NCBI GenBank assembly: GCA_963664325.2
Contig: CAXXDQ010000007.1
Coordinates: 800,001 to 864,000 of the forward strand
Source: Desulfomonilia bacterium
GTDB taxonomy: Bacteria > Desulfobacterota > Desulfomonilia > UBA1062
Length of the DNA: 64,000 bases
Direction: 5' to 3'
Part shown: positions 19,285 through 28,239 of the stretch, in pieces
Layout of the letters: the number at the start of each line of letters is the position of its first letter
Position numbering within the stretch: the first letter of the stretch is position 1
Notes under the pieces: generated by a model
Seen by the model: only the letters and a program-made list of their open reading frames with translations
Database searches by the model: none
Told to the model about the DNA's origin: nothing
Program-made: the position numbers and the translations under genes

Positions 19285-20010
19285 TTACGATATTACCTGA
19301 ACCGATTTTCTTTGAATTCTGTCATAATGTTTCTGCAGGATACTCCTTGCTTTCGGCGATCCGTGCACCGGTATAAATAATGAGCATCCTGTATCCAGCA
19401 GCCTTTTCCAGGTTCTTATTATCCCGGGCATATCATCACCGAATGGCGGAAACAATCTGCCTTTGAATACGCCGACCATATTGTCCCCTGTAAAGGCGAT
19501 CTCTCCATCAACTATTATGCTCAACGAACCCCTGGTATGACCGGGAGTATGAAGTATGCAGGCATTGAATCCGAACTGATTCAAATCCAGCCTGTCACTG
19601 ACAATAATGTCGCATTTCACCGGCTGGTATCTGAACATCGGCTGTGCCCTTTTTTTAAAGAATTTCATAAGCAGCCTTGTGAAAAAGACCGTTCCCGCAG
19701 GCAGCGGGCTGTCGCCATTCTCCAGATATCCCGCTTCAAATTCCTGGACAATTATCCTGGTGCGGAATCTTTGCTTTATCCGTGCCGCGTTCTCCGCGTG
19801 GTCGAAATGCGTATGTGTCAGGATGAGGGCCTCCAGGTTTTCTTCGCTAACTCCGATTGCCTCCAGATTTCCACACAACCGCTTCCATGCATATTTCCTG
19901 CCGGCATCGACAAGGAGGTACTTATCGCCGTTATAAATAAGATAGGAATTAAAAAATATCCCTCCCGCATGAATTATCTTAAGCTTGTTTCTTGTTGTCC
20001 AGGTTTTCAT
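19285..20010 (-). CDS. MBL-fold metallo-hydrolase
   Basis: THTHFDHA, HTPGHT, GD and PVHG motifs. Confidence 0.9.
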   Translation of the reverse strand: MKTWTTRNKLKIIHAGGIFFNSYLIYNGDKYLLVDAGRKYAWKRLCGNLEAIGVSEENLEALILTHTHFDHAENAARIKQRFRTRIIVQEFEAGYLENGDSPLPAGTVFFTRLLMKFFKKRAQPMFRYQPVKCDIIVSDRLDLNQFGFNACILHTPGHTRGSLSIIVDGEIAFTGDNMVGVFKGRLFPPFGDDMPGIIRTWKRLLDTGCSLFIPVHGSPKARSILQKHYDRIQRKSVQVIS

Positions 20011-20701
20011 ATGCGTTCTTCTCCCTCAGTTCAAACGGCTTTATCCATATAACCGAATACCTCCATAAAAGATGCCTTTTGATCTTGGCCCCGGGAATAT
20101 ATTCATCACATAACCTTATCAGCTCTGACATCAGAGAATAGATTTCATCTTTCCCATGCTCTTCCCATGCCCTTCGTATATTTTCGGGCTCCCTTAACCT
20201 GCCTTTTTTTATAAGCATCAGCAATCTGCTCAACGGAAAGCTCAAGGCACCAAGCAGATAATCCATAATGCCTTCGGCTCTCAGCATATCCAGGATTAAT
20301 ATTCTTCCGCCCGGTTTTACGGCACATGCCATTTTCTCCAGCATAAAACCAAGGGGCAGGTGGTGAAGCGTTGCAATGGAAACTATGCAATCAAAATGAT
20401 TATCAGGCCAATCATAATCGATAATATTCCGGACGCAATATTCGATATTTCCTGAGGCGTTCAAATTATTTTCTGCAACACGAATCATCTCAGGAGAGAG
20501 ATCAATCGCAAGGACATGCTCGGACTTCAAAGCGATCATGCGTGTAAAATCACCTGTGCCGCAGCCTATCTCAAGTATGTCGCCGCAATGCTCAGGAACA
20601 TGCCTGCTTAATAATTTATAAAAGAAGCTGTTATGCGTCCATCCCTCATCAAGGGAAGCGATTCTGTTGAAGTCCCGTTCTATTTTATCCGAGATTTCCA
20701 T
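19979..20701 (-). CDS. Class I SAM-dependent methyltransferase
   Basis: ILEIGCGTG, FDCIVSIATLHH and KPGGRI. Confidence 0.88.
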   Translation of the reverse strand: MEISDKIERDFNRIASLDEGWTHNSFFYKLLSRHVPEHCGDILEIGCGTGDFTRMIALKSEHVLAIDLSPEMIRVAENNLNASGNIEYCVRNIIDYDWPDNHFDCIVSIATLHHLPLGFMLEKMACAVKPGGRILILDMLRAEGIMDYLLGALSFPLSRLLMLIKKGRLREPENIRRAWEEHGKDEIYSLMSELIRLCDEYIPGAKIKRHLLWRYSVIWIKPFELREKNAYENLDNKKQA

Positions 20702-21551
20702 TCAGACCTGTTAACCTTTCACAAAGGTTCCTGAGCTTCAGGCTCAGGGCTTCATCCCTAGCCTTCCCGGTTATGGGAATCTCTTTGTTCAGCATGAAGA
20801 AACGGCCTGTCCTGTCCTTCACGCCATCGGATGTCGCCAGATATATTACAGGCTCAGCGCCTTTATCGGGTGATTTGAAAAGCAACTTGGAAAGCCTGAG
20901 CAGCTTTCCTTTAAGATCATGCGTTACGCCCAGGCTTGTCCTGATCACCCCCGGATGAAGGGCGTTGACTGTAACGCCAGTCCCATTAAGCCTTCCGGCC
21001 ATTTCGGTCGTTGTGATAACGCCCGCAAACTTGCTGTTACAATATGTGCGGAACATGTTGAAATCTTTTCCATAAGGCGTTTTTTCCATATCGACATGTC
21101 CAAAGACATAAAGCGCGGCATTTACATTCACGACCCTGGCCGGAGCACTCTCTTTAAGCCTGTCCATAAGCAGACTGGTAAGCAGGAACGGCGCAAGACA
21201 GTTAACATGAAATGACTGCTCGATCCCGTCAGCATTGAGTTCGCGTCTTGTCATCCAGATGCCGGCATTGTTGATCAGCGCTGCAATCCGGGGGGCTTCT
21301 TTCAGGAGATTTTCAGCAGCCAGCCTTACGCCCGCATTATCCGAAAGGTCGCCGACTACGAGTTTTATTTCCGCATCCTTTACCTTTGACCTTATTTCTT
21401 CTATCGCCTGTACGGCCTTGGCCCTGTTTCTGCACAACATGATAACGGGCAATCCTTTTCCGGCGAGCCCTTCGGCCACTGCCTTCCCTATTCCGGCGTT
21501 TGCGCCTGTGACAATGTACCAATCCTTGTTCCCGTGAATTTCTTCTGTCAT
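20685..21551 (-). CDS. SDR family oxidoreductase (retinol dehydrogenase-like)
   Basis: TGANAGIG, INNAG, YCNSK and HPGVIRT. Confidence 0.9.
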   Translation of the reverse strand: MTEEIHGNKDWYIVTGANAGIGKAVAEGLAGKGLPVIMLCRNRAKAVQAIEEIRSKVKDAEIKLVVGDLSDNAGVRLAAENLLKEAPRIAALINNAGIWMTRRELNADGIEQSFHVNCLAPFLLTSLLMDRLKESAPARVVNVNAALYVFGHVDMEKTPYGKDFNMFRTYCNSKFAGVITTTEMAGRLNGTGVTVNALHPGVIRTSLGVTHDLKGKLLRLSKLLFKSPDKGAEPVIYLATSDGVKDRTGRFFMLNKEIPITGKARDEALSLKLRNLCERLTGLNGNLG

Positions 21552-21554
21552 TAT

Positions 21555-22034
21555 TCAGCCCTGACCTTTCTCATTCGTAGGGTCGCCTTCCGCAACCATC
21601 TGAGCCAGAAGCTTTTTTTCAGGCGCTCCCGGGATTATTCCCGTCAGGGTGCATTCCATAACGTTGAACCCGTCCTGATTTACGAGTAAGGCCTCGGCCC
21701 TTGCCCTTCCTCCATCACCGGTTTCCACAACCCTGATCGTGCATGTTATCGTATCCCCAATATAAACAGGCAGCCTGAATTTCAGGTTCATACCGGATGC
21801 AAGCCATCCGATCTGGCCGCCGATCTCAGTCACCATGCAGGCTACAAGGAGGCCGTGGCAGACCCGGCCCTTAAACTTTTTTACCGACGCGAACCTTTCA
21901 TCGTAATGAACGGGATTGTAGTCGCCTGAAATTTCACCGAACATCATCACATCCTGCCCGGTGAAGGTGCGGGTCACCGAAAAACAGTCGCCGGGCTTCA
22001 ATCCCTCGATAGCCTTTTTCCGGATATGAGACAC
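21555..22034 (-). CDS. MaoC-family (R)-hydratase/dehydratase
   Basis: SGDYNPVHYD...HGLL hydratase motif; PVYIGDTI. Confidence 0.88.
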   Translation of the reverse strand: MSHIRKKAIEGLKPGDCFSVTRTFTGQDVMMFGEISGDYNPVHYDERFASVKKFKGRVCHGLLVACMVTEIGGQIGWLASGMNLKFRLPVYIGDTITCTIRVVETGDGGRARAEALLVNQDGFNVMECTLTGIIPGAPEKKLLAQMVAEGDPTNEKGQG

Positions 22035-22090
22035 GCCGGTATCACCCTAACCTGAGGTTGCTTTGACCCGAGACTTCATCACCTTATGTT

Positions 22091-22717
22091 TCACCCTCTC
22101 CTTTCAAAGGCAAGCTTTAATCCAAGCGCTATCAGTACAAAGCCGCTGATGCGGTTTATCCATGCCGATACATCGGGGCGGGAACGAAGCCAGTTCGAAA
22201 GAACTCCGGACGCAAATCCGACAGGGCCCTTGACCATGAATGTAAGGCCGGAAAATACAGCCCCGAGCATCAGAAGCCTTGATGCAGGGCTTGTGGAACC
22301 GGCCGGTACAAACTGCGGCAGGTACGCAAAGTAGAATATGGCGATTTTGGGATTCGACAGGTTGGACAGGGCTCCCTGCAGATACAGCTTTCTAAGAGGG
22401 GCAACAGCCATGTTTTGTATGTCTATGCTCAAGGGGTTATGCCTGAAATGCATAATGCCCAGATAAACCAGATACACCGAACCCGCCAGTTTAACCGCCG
22501 TGAAGAGAACCTCGGACGCCATGAGCAGCGCTCCGAGCCCAAGGGAAGCAAGCAGTGTGTGGCCCAGCAGCCCAGTGCTCACCCCGGCGGCTGTCGCAAC
22601 ACCCGCCCTGGGACCCTGCGATATCGAACGCGACATCACCAGGATCATGTCCTGTCCCGGCGTTATGATAAGCACAAGCGAGGCAATGATAAACAAGACC
22701 GGTAATGTTCCGCCCAT
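22091..22717 (-). CDS. LysE/RhtB family translocator
   Basis: ITPGQD and NLSNPKIAIF; about six TM helices. Confidence 0.9.
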   Translation of the reverse strand: MGGTLPVLFIIASLVLIITPGQDMILVMSRSISQGPRAGVATAAGVSTGLLGHTLLASLGLGALLMASEVLFTAVKLAGSVYLVYLGIMHFRHNPLSIDIQNMAVAPLRKLYLQGALSNLSNPKIAIFYFAYLPQFVPAGSTSPASRLLMLGAVFSGLTFMVKGPVGFASGVLSNWLRSRPDVSAWINRISGFVLIALGLKLAFERRG

Positions 22718-22732
22718 AAGCGCTCCCTTAAA

Positions 22733-23266
22733 TTACTTTTTTAATCCCGCAAGCTCATTGATAAAGTCAGCAAAATCCTGCTTCAGCAATTCCCTTTCGG
22801 CCTCGATCCTTCCGACATAGGCACTGAAAACGCCGAATCTCTCAAGAAATAACCTCTCCTGTTCCGTAAGTCCCGGGCCCTGATCCTTTTTTCCGAAAAT
22901 ATCTGTTTTCGGGATTGAGATCTCATTGAGTTCCTCAAGGAGCGGCTTGTCATTATCATCAATTTTTTGAAACCTGCACAGGGAGGTATAGGCCCCGGCA
23001 ATAATTTCCATGGCCTCAATCTGATTTTTTACGGCAAAAGAATGGAACTGTATCTTCAGGGCAGCTTTTATGTCATCCTTTAAAAAAGGGAGCAGCTCTT
23101 CATCGACAATGAAGGCTTTGTTGGCCCGGTATACCCGGCCGTATGCATCGACGACCCTGTCGCTGAACTTGAGCAGCTCAAGCCTGTTAAGGCCGTGTAT
23201 TTCATCAAGAACGCTGATCCCATCCTTATTTATTCTGTCGATGTGTTCTTTGATATCAATATTCAT
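22733..23266 (-). CDS. Hypothetical protein
   Basis: ORF starting MNIDIKEH at 23266 with an ATGA overlap on the dipeptidase stop; no recognised motif. Confidence 0.6.
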   Translation of the reverse strand: MNIDIKEHIDRINKDGISVLDEIHGLNRLELLKFSDRVVDAYGRVYRANKAFIVDEELLPFLKDDIKAALKIQFHSFAVKNQIEAMEIIAGAYTSLCRFQKIDDNDKPLLEELNEISIPKTDIFGKKDQGPGLTEQERLFLERFGVFSAYVGRIEAERELLKQDFADFINELAGLKK

Positions 23267-23955
23267 TGTACGGGAAAGTTGAAATATGAATCCGGGTATG
23301 GTTCGTTTCCAAGAGTGAAATGCCACCATTCCTGGGCATAGGGAATGAAACCGTATTTAATCATCAGTGTCCTCAAAAGAAGGCGGTTGGCGCGTTTGTC
23401 GGCCGGAGCAAGTCTGCTGTCCGGCCATGATACGGGCCCGAAGAAATCGAATGTGCTGCCCATGTCAAGCTCTTTGCCTGTATCCGAAATGATAATGGTC
23501 AGGTCAACCGTACTCCCGCGGGTATGGCTCGATTTTTCGGCGATATATTTTTCCTTGAACAGATCCGCCTTATCGACATCGGGATAATACTGCTTTTTCA
23601 TCTTTACGTCACCAAGGTCGGCAGCCCATCTGACAAAGCTGTCCACGGCCATCTGCGGTCTATAGGCGTCAAATATCTTCAATTCAAGCCCGAAGGCAGC
23701 GAGGTCGTTCTGAACGTTCTTTAGCGCCCCGGCCGCGGGTTCAGATATTATGCACCGCGGTTTCAGGTAACCGTCGACCCTTTTCCCCGTGAAATTATTT
23801 TCGGAATAATACCGCATTTCCAGCTTGATCCCTGGGATGGCTTTATCCAGGTAAACAAACCCGTCCGGCAGGGGCTGCGCGGAATTCAGGGCTGCCGGGT
23901 TAAGCCATGCAATAATAATCAGGGCTAAAAAGATAAATCTTCTTGTCTTAATCAT
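23263..23955 (-). CDS. ddpX: D-Ala-D-Ala dipeptidase (VanX/DdpX, M15D) with signal peptide
   Basis: DAYRP, SSHTRGSTVD, DMGSTFD and EWWHF motifs. Confidence 0.9.
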   Translation of the reverse strand: MIKTRRFIFLALIIIAWLNPAALNSAQPLPDGFVYLDKAIPGIKLEMRYYSENNFTGKRVDGYLKPRCIISEPAAGALKNVQNDLAAFGLELKIFDAYRPQMAVDSFVRWAADLGDVKMKKQYYPDVDKADLFKEKYIAEKSSHTRGSTVDLTIIISDTGKELDMGSTFDFFGPVSWPDSRLAPADKRANRLLLRTLMIKYGFIPYAQEWWHFTLGNEPYPDSYFNFPVQ

Positions 23956-23987
23956 AATCTCTCCAATCGGGCTTCATTTTCCTTTTT

Positions 23988-24770
23988 TTAATCTTTGACC
24001 ATCAGCCCGACGGCATACCACCAGTTGGTATAAGGTGACTTTCTGAAAACAACCCTGCGTTTCCCATGAAAATCATAATCAGCCGTTCCTTCCTCCTTTT
24101 TGAGCATTTCCCTAATGGCCTTCGTCATTGAACTGTTGCCCTGTGCTTCAGGGTCAAGGAACACACGGTCGGGGTTGGAATTTATGGCTGTTATATGCTT
24201 TTTGTTGAGGGCAAAGAAAATCATGTCGTCCTTAAATCCCAGTTCGATTTTTAACTGGGCGCTCAGTTTCCTTGTGAATAAGGAAACACCGAGAATGCCT
24301 GTTACAGGACCCCCTTTCTTTATGGGAACCGCTATTATCGTCGACACCTGTCCGGTTGCCTTGCTGACTACCAGTTCGCCGATTGATGTCTGTCCGGCAA
24401 GGACCTTCGGGAAATACTCACGGTCTTTCAGGTTTTTATCCGTAATACCGTCATCAACCGTATAGTAGGAGCCGTCCGGAAGGGCAAACCAGGCAATGGC
24501 ATCGCCTTTCTCCCGTTTCTGAATATTCTCAAGCAGAGGCCTGATGCGCTGCCAGTCCCCGCTCGCAGCCTCCTCTGTCAGTGACGCCACTTCAAGCTCA
24601 CCGGAAATGGCCTTTATATATGAATCCGTAACCGCCATCAGAGATGAAAGCACGACACCGGCGTCAAACATCATTGCAGCAGGATATCCGACATTTTCCG
24701 CTGCATATGATGCAGGGCAGAATAAAAGTACAGTCACCGCAGATATCAGAATAATGATTCTGTTCTTCAT
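23988..24770 (-). CDS. Secreted stand-alone Cache (dCache-like) domain protein
   Basis: Signal peptide; NLKDREYF...VVSKATGQ...IAVPI...GILGV; no second TM or output domain. Confidence 0.78.
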   Translation of the reverse strand: MKNRIIILISAVTVLLFCPASYAAENVGYPAAMMFDAGVVLSSLMAVTDSYIKAISGELEVASLTEEAASGDWQRIRPLLENIQKREKGDAIAWFALPDGSYYTVDDGITDKNLKDREYFPKVLAGQTSIGELVVSKATGQVSTIIAVPIKKGGPVTGILGVSLFTRKLSAQLKIELGFKDDMIFFALNKKHITAINSNPDRVFLDPEAQGNSSMTKAIREMLKKEEGTADYDFHGKRRVVFRKSPYTNWWYAVGLMVKD

Positions 24771-24819
24771 TTTTTCTCCGTTTTCCGCTTTAAAGGCTGC
24801 GATTTAATCTGAACAGAAA

Positions 24820-25623
24820 CTATTTCTCCTGCTGATATGCGACCAGTATCCAGTTGTTTCCGTAAAAATTGAGAGTCCTCCATGCAGCCTCTTTCCTGAC
24901 CACTTTACTGGTGCCGTTGATCAGGAATGTGTAAGACCCCTGGCCGCTGGCCTCCCTGGTCATTCTTTTGCCGAGTTCGATGAGTTCGGGGTAGTCCTTG
25001 TAAAGAGGGTCGGTAAACAGGTTCAAGCCTATCTGGCTGTGATCGGTTTCATAGATTATCAGCCCGTCCTTCTGCATGACCCATGTTTTGACGCCTCGCC
25101 CGGCCTCTACCTGAACAGCTGCAAACCTGATCATGTCTTCAACCCTTGTGAGCATGCTCAGGGAACCCAAAAATTCCTTTTTGGGGGAAAAAACCGGGAA
25201 TTTGAAATCAATTGATTTTATGCCTTCAACGGAATCAATAAGATTGCCCATTACAGGCTGCTTTGTTTTCAGGATTTCTTTCACAGCATCCTGGGAACTA
25301 ATGTCAGACCCCTCGAAATTCTTATATTTGCCGGGTTCGATAACTTTCATGACACCCTTGTCATCAATAAAGGCGGTGTCGATCACATAGGATCTTCCCA
25401 GGCCGCATTCCCTGAGAACCCTTCTGACTTCCAGGCTGCCGGGCCCGAGCTTGCCGATTATGGTTGCAGACTTTGACAGTGTCATGTCAATGCCCTTTAG
25501 CAGTCCCGTTATACCCGATTCCAGATTCCTGGCGGACTTGTCAAGGTTATCATCCTGAGCCAGAAGGCTGCCTGGACACACTATAAAGACTATTGCCGCA
25601 ATTGTTAGAGCCAAACGTTTCAT
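24820..25623 (-). CDS. Secreted stand-alone Cache (dCache-like) domain protein
   Basis: Start MKRLALTIAA at 25623 (GGGAGG RBS); FIDDKG, FPVFS...FLGSLS, WVMQKDGLIIY and NWILV pattern; no output domain. Confidence 0.75.
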   Translation of the reverse strand: MKRLALTIAAIVFIVCPGSLLAQDDNLDKSARNLESGITGLLKGIDMTLSKSATIIGKLGPGSLEVRRVLRECGLGRSYVIDTAFIDDKGVMKVIEPGKYKNFEGSDISSQDAVKEILKTKQPVMGNLIDSVEGIKSIDFKFPVFSPKKEFLGSLSMLTRVEDMIRFAAVQVEAGRGVKTWVMQKDGLIIYETDHSQIGLNLFTDPLYKDYPELIELGKRMTREASGQGSYTFLINGTSKVVRKEAAWRTLNFYGNNWILVAYQQEK

Positions 25624-25705
25624 CCGGTTTTCCTCCCTGAACTTATTTGAATGTTGCTGCCGGCGATGGGTGACATATAAATCAAACTGCTGTCCCCTGC
25701 AGATT

Positions 25706-26101
25706 CTATGGCGCAAGGAGCAGCACCTTGGTCTGGCTCGGCGCCACACGCACGCCGGGGCAGTTTGTGGAATTCTGCAAAGAAGCGCTTGTAAGCTTTG
25801 TTGCAGGCATGCCTCCCACAAGCACGGTAAATGATGCTGTAAGGTGCTTTGACGGCCCCATAACCATGCCTGATGCAACGCCGGTATTAACCCCTGCATT
25901 GTCTCCGTTGGTAAGCGGGACCTGAGTGCTCATGTTATGGGCCGGTGCGCACATCATGAGGACCTTGTATGCGGCGGGCACGCCCATCGGTCCGTTGGCA
26001 ATATTCGGATAAGGCGTGGGCACCGGGCCCGCAGGTGTCGGTGTCAGACAGACATCGGGAAATCCCGTATCCATTCCGCCCATTTGGGTGTTGGCAAACA
26101 T
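25706..26101 (-). CDS. DUF4150 PAAR-like T6SS spike-tip protein (no toxin extension)
   Basis: FPDVCLTP...PVPTPYPNIA, GDNAG...GVASG and SQTKVLLL; AGGAGG RBS. Confidence 0.9.
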   Translation of the reverse strand: MFANTQMGGMDTGFPDVCLTPTPAGPVPTPYPNIANGPMGVPAAYKVLMMCAPAHNMSTQVPLTNGDNAGVNTGVASGMVMGPSKHLTASFTVLVGGMPATKLTSASLQNSTNCPGVRVAPSQTKVLLLAP

Positions 26102-26117
26102 ATTTTTTCCTCCTAAA

Positions 26118-26300
26118 ACAGGGCGTGATAACCTTGCATGCCCTTGTCGCTCCTCACCTCGTCATTGCGGCATACGCTAAAAGTATGTCTCATTCCTCTG
26201 CTTCGTCGCTTCCCGGCTGCTTTGTTCTGACGCCCTGCATGTTTATTTTTCCAATTCTCCTTGCATCTTCGGCATCATTTTGAATGCAAAATAGAATTGG
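26118..26300. repeat. Palindromic intergenic repeat (MITE/REP-like) with related copies near 40254-40522 and 41061-41121
   Basis: Internal inverted repeats CAGGGCGT...ACGCCCTG and CCAATTCT...AGAATTGG; 26257-26297 matches 40326-40366 in reverse with 6 mismatches over 41 nt. Confidence 0.6.
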
Positions 26301-26422
26301 TAATTTTTAACATCTTCAAAATCTCACTCCAGTTCGCATCGTGGTCTCTTCTGTTCCATTTTTGCTTAACAGCTTAACAGCTTTTTCTCACCACTCACCA
26401 CTTATAACTTATAACTATCTTT

Positions 26423-27076
26423 TCATCCCAAATGAATCTGGTCGCCCTCTATCTTGACCAGTTCATCCGCCGTGACAAGGGCATTATGTCCTTTCAGGCT
26501 CATGTTCTTTTCCGCCCTGTAATCTATCTGATTGCTCCGCACCTGGTCAATTTCTTCAACAACCCTGTAGCTGCGTTTGACCTTCTGGCTGATGCGTTCG
26601 GCAATTGTGTCGAATATCCCGCCTACAAACTTGAAAGCCCCGGCCTGCGCCAGAACCTTGCGGCCGACATATGAAAGCCGGTCAATGAAAACATGCCCCT
26701 TATCTGAGCGGACGGCAAACACGGATGATGTCATCGATATGTCTCTGGCAGACACCAGATCAACCCCCTGTGATGAAACGACGCTGAAGCGGCCTTTCGG
26801 GACCCCCAGATGAAGGTCGCCGTCAACGGTTATTCTTGTGGCCGATGCATTCCCCTGTTCCAGAACTGCTATGATAAAAAGGCCTTCATTGAGATCACCG
26901 GCCACCAGAACCCTGTCTCCTGCGGCAGGCTCGACAAGACAGCTCACCGCACGCCTGACAAAAAGTTCTCCATATTCACAATCGACAGTGACGAAATCTC
27001 TCTCACGACCGGTGACAATACCGTCTGCCTGGATATGATAACTCTGCCTGGCTGCCTGATTCAATGCCTGTTTCAT
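26423..27076 (-). CDS. DUF3540 family T6SS accessory protein
   Basis: RRAVSCLVEPAAGDRVLV, VEEIDQVRS and C-terminal VKIEGDQIHLG. Confidence 0.88.
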   Translation of the reverse strand: MKQALNQAARQSYHIQADGIVTGRERDFVTVDCEYGELFVRRAVSCLVEPAAGDRVLVAGDLNEGLFIIAVLEQGNASATRITVDGDLHLGVPKGRFSVVSSQGVDLVSARDISMTSSVFAVRSDKGHVFIDRLSYVGRKVLAQAGAFKFVGGIFDTIAERISQKVKRSYRVVEEIDQVRSNQIDYRAEKNMSLKGHNALVTADELVKIEGDQIHLG

Positions 27077-27187
27077 AATTAACCCCTTTCTACTATAGCT
27101 AATGAGCCGATAAGCCACAATGCTGTCAAGTAAAACCCTCCTCCTGACAGCCCGACGGCTTACAAGCCTGCCAGCTGATTTTACAGC

Positions 27188-28237
27188 TTAATAGACCGGT
27201 TCCCAGTTTTCCGCTTTTAACAGTTCAGGTTCATTACCCAGTGCCGAAGCCCGATCCGTAATAACCGCTTTTTGATCTGAAATCCCATGCAGCTTCGCCC
27301 TGAACATTTTTGCCCCATAGAGATTCGCCGCTCTCAGGTCTGCATGTGAAAAGTCTGCATAGGTCAGGTCGGCATTTACAAACCTGGTCTGCACGCATTT
27401 TGCTTTTGCAAGAATGCACTGCCGCATGTCAGCACCTGATAAGTCCGCAAGACCAAGATCCGCATCAATGAAAATCGACTGGTAGAGTTCCGCATCACGG
27501 AGAACCGTCTCATTCAGCATGGCTTCAACAAAAAGGGCATTGTTCGCCCTGGCACCCGCCAGGATCGCCTTTTTGAGGTCGGCACCCTTGAAATTGCACT
27601 GGGTGAGGTTGGCCCCTCTCAAGTCACAGCCTGAAAGGTCCGCACCCATGAATTGTGTAAGGGAAAAATCCTGGCCTGCAAGGCTCAGTCCTGCAAGGTT
27701 TGCTTCAATAAGAACCGCCATTCTCAAGCTGCTTCCGGCAAGTCTTGCCGTTCTCAAATCGGCCTTCACCAGTACAGTCTGCGGCAGAACAGTCCCAGAA
27801 AAATCAATCCCAGCCGTTTCGACTTCAACAAATGCGGTGCGTTCAAGGTCAGCACCGCAGAATCTAGCATATTCAAGCCTGCTCTGGGCTATTGCAGCAA
27901 TCCTTAAATCAGCCCCTGTAAAATCCGCAGACGAAAAATCACACTGGCTTATCTGGGCTGCCTTCATATCCGAGCCCATAAGGTTCGCCGATTTGAATGA
28001 ACACATATGCAGGCTCACAAGGTGAAATCCGGCCTTGCTCAGATCGGAATTGTCAAATCCGCACCTTACAAGGATCGACTCCTTGAATGATGCACCGTTC
28101 AGGCTGGTCCTGCTGAAATCACAATCTTCGAAGATACCGCCTGACAGGTCTGCACCCGAGAGGTTGAGCCCGGCAAGACTGGCCTTTGAAATCTGCTCGC
28201 CCCGGCTTATCATGCTGCACAGCGTTTCACGGTCCAT
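27188..28237 (-). CDS. Pentapeptide-repeat protein (T6SS TagB-like)
   Basis: Almost entirely A(D/N)Lxx repeats; located in the vgrG cluster. Confidence 0.9.
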   Translation of the reverse strand: MDRETLCSMISRGEQISKASLAGLNLSGADLSGGIFEDCDFSRTSLNGASFKESILVRCGFDNSDLSKAGFHLVSLHMCSFKSANLMGSDMKAAQISQCDFSSADFTGADLRIAAIAQSRLEYARFCGADLERTAFVEVETAGIDFSGTVLPQTVLVKADLRTARLAGSSLRMAVLIEANLAGLSLAGQDFSLTQFMGADLSGCDLRGANLTQCNFKGADLKKAILAGARANNALFVEAMLNETVLRDAELYQSIFIDADLGLADLSGADMRQCILAKAKCVQTRFVNADLTYADFSHADLRAANLYGAKMFRAKLHGISDQKAVITDRASALGNEPELLKAENWEPVY

Positions 28238-28239
28238 AG

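Noticed and set aside
23263-23955. D-Ala-D-Ala dipeptidase as a T6SS cell-wall effector downstream of the PAAR-like gene
   Set aside because: It carries a Sec-type signal peptide and looks like an ordinary DdpX/VanX; there is no adaptor or immunity evidence.
24820-25899. ORF-track 359-aa version of the Cache protein, and similar long N-terminal extensions at 8758-9837, 22733-23329 and 61665-62978
   Set aside because: The extensions overlap neighbouring real genes; internal ATGs with an RBS, signal peptide or ATGA coupling are better starts.
26365-26420. Short tandem repeats (GCTTAACA, CTCACCA and TTATAAC units) as a possible CRISPR or regulatory array
   Set aside because: Only two or three 7-8-bp units each with no spacers; low-complexity intergenic sequence.
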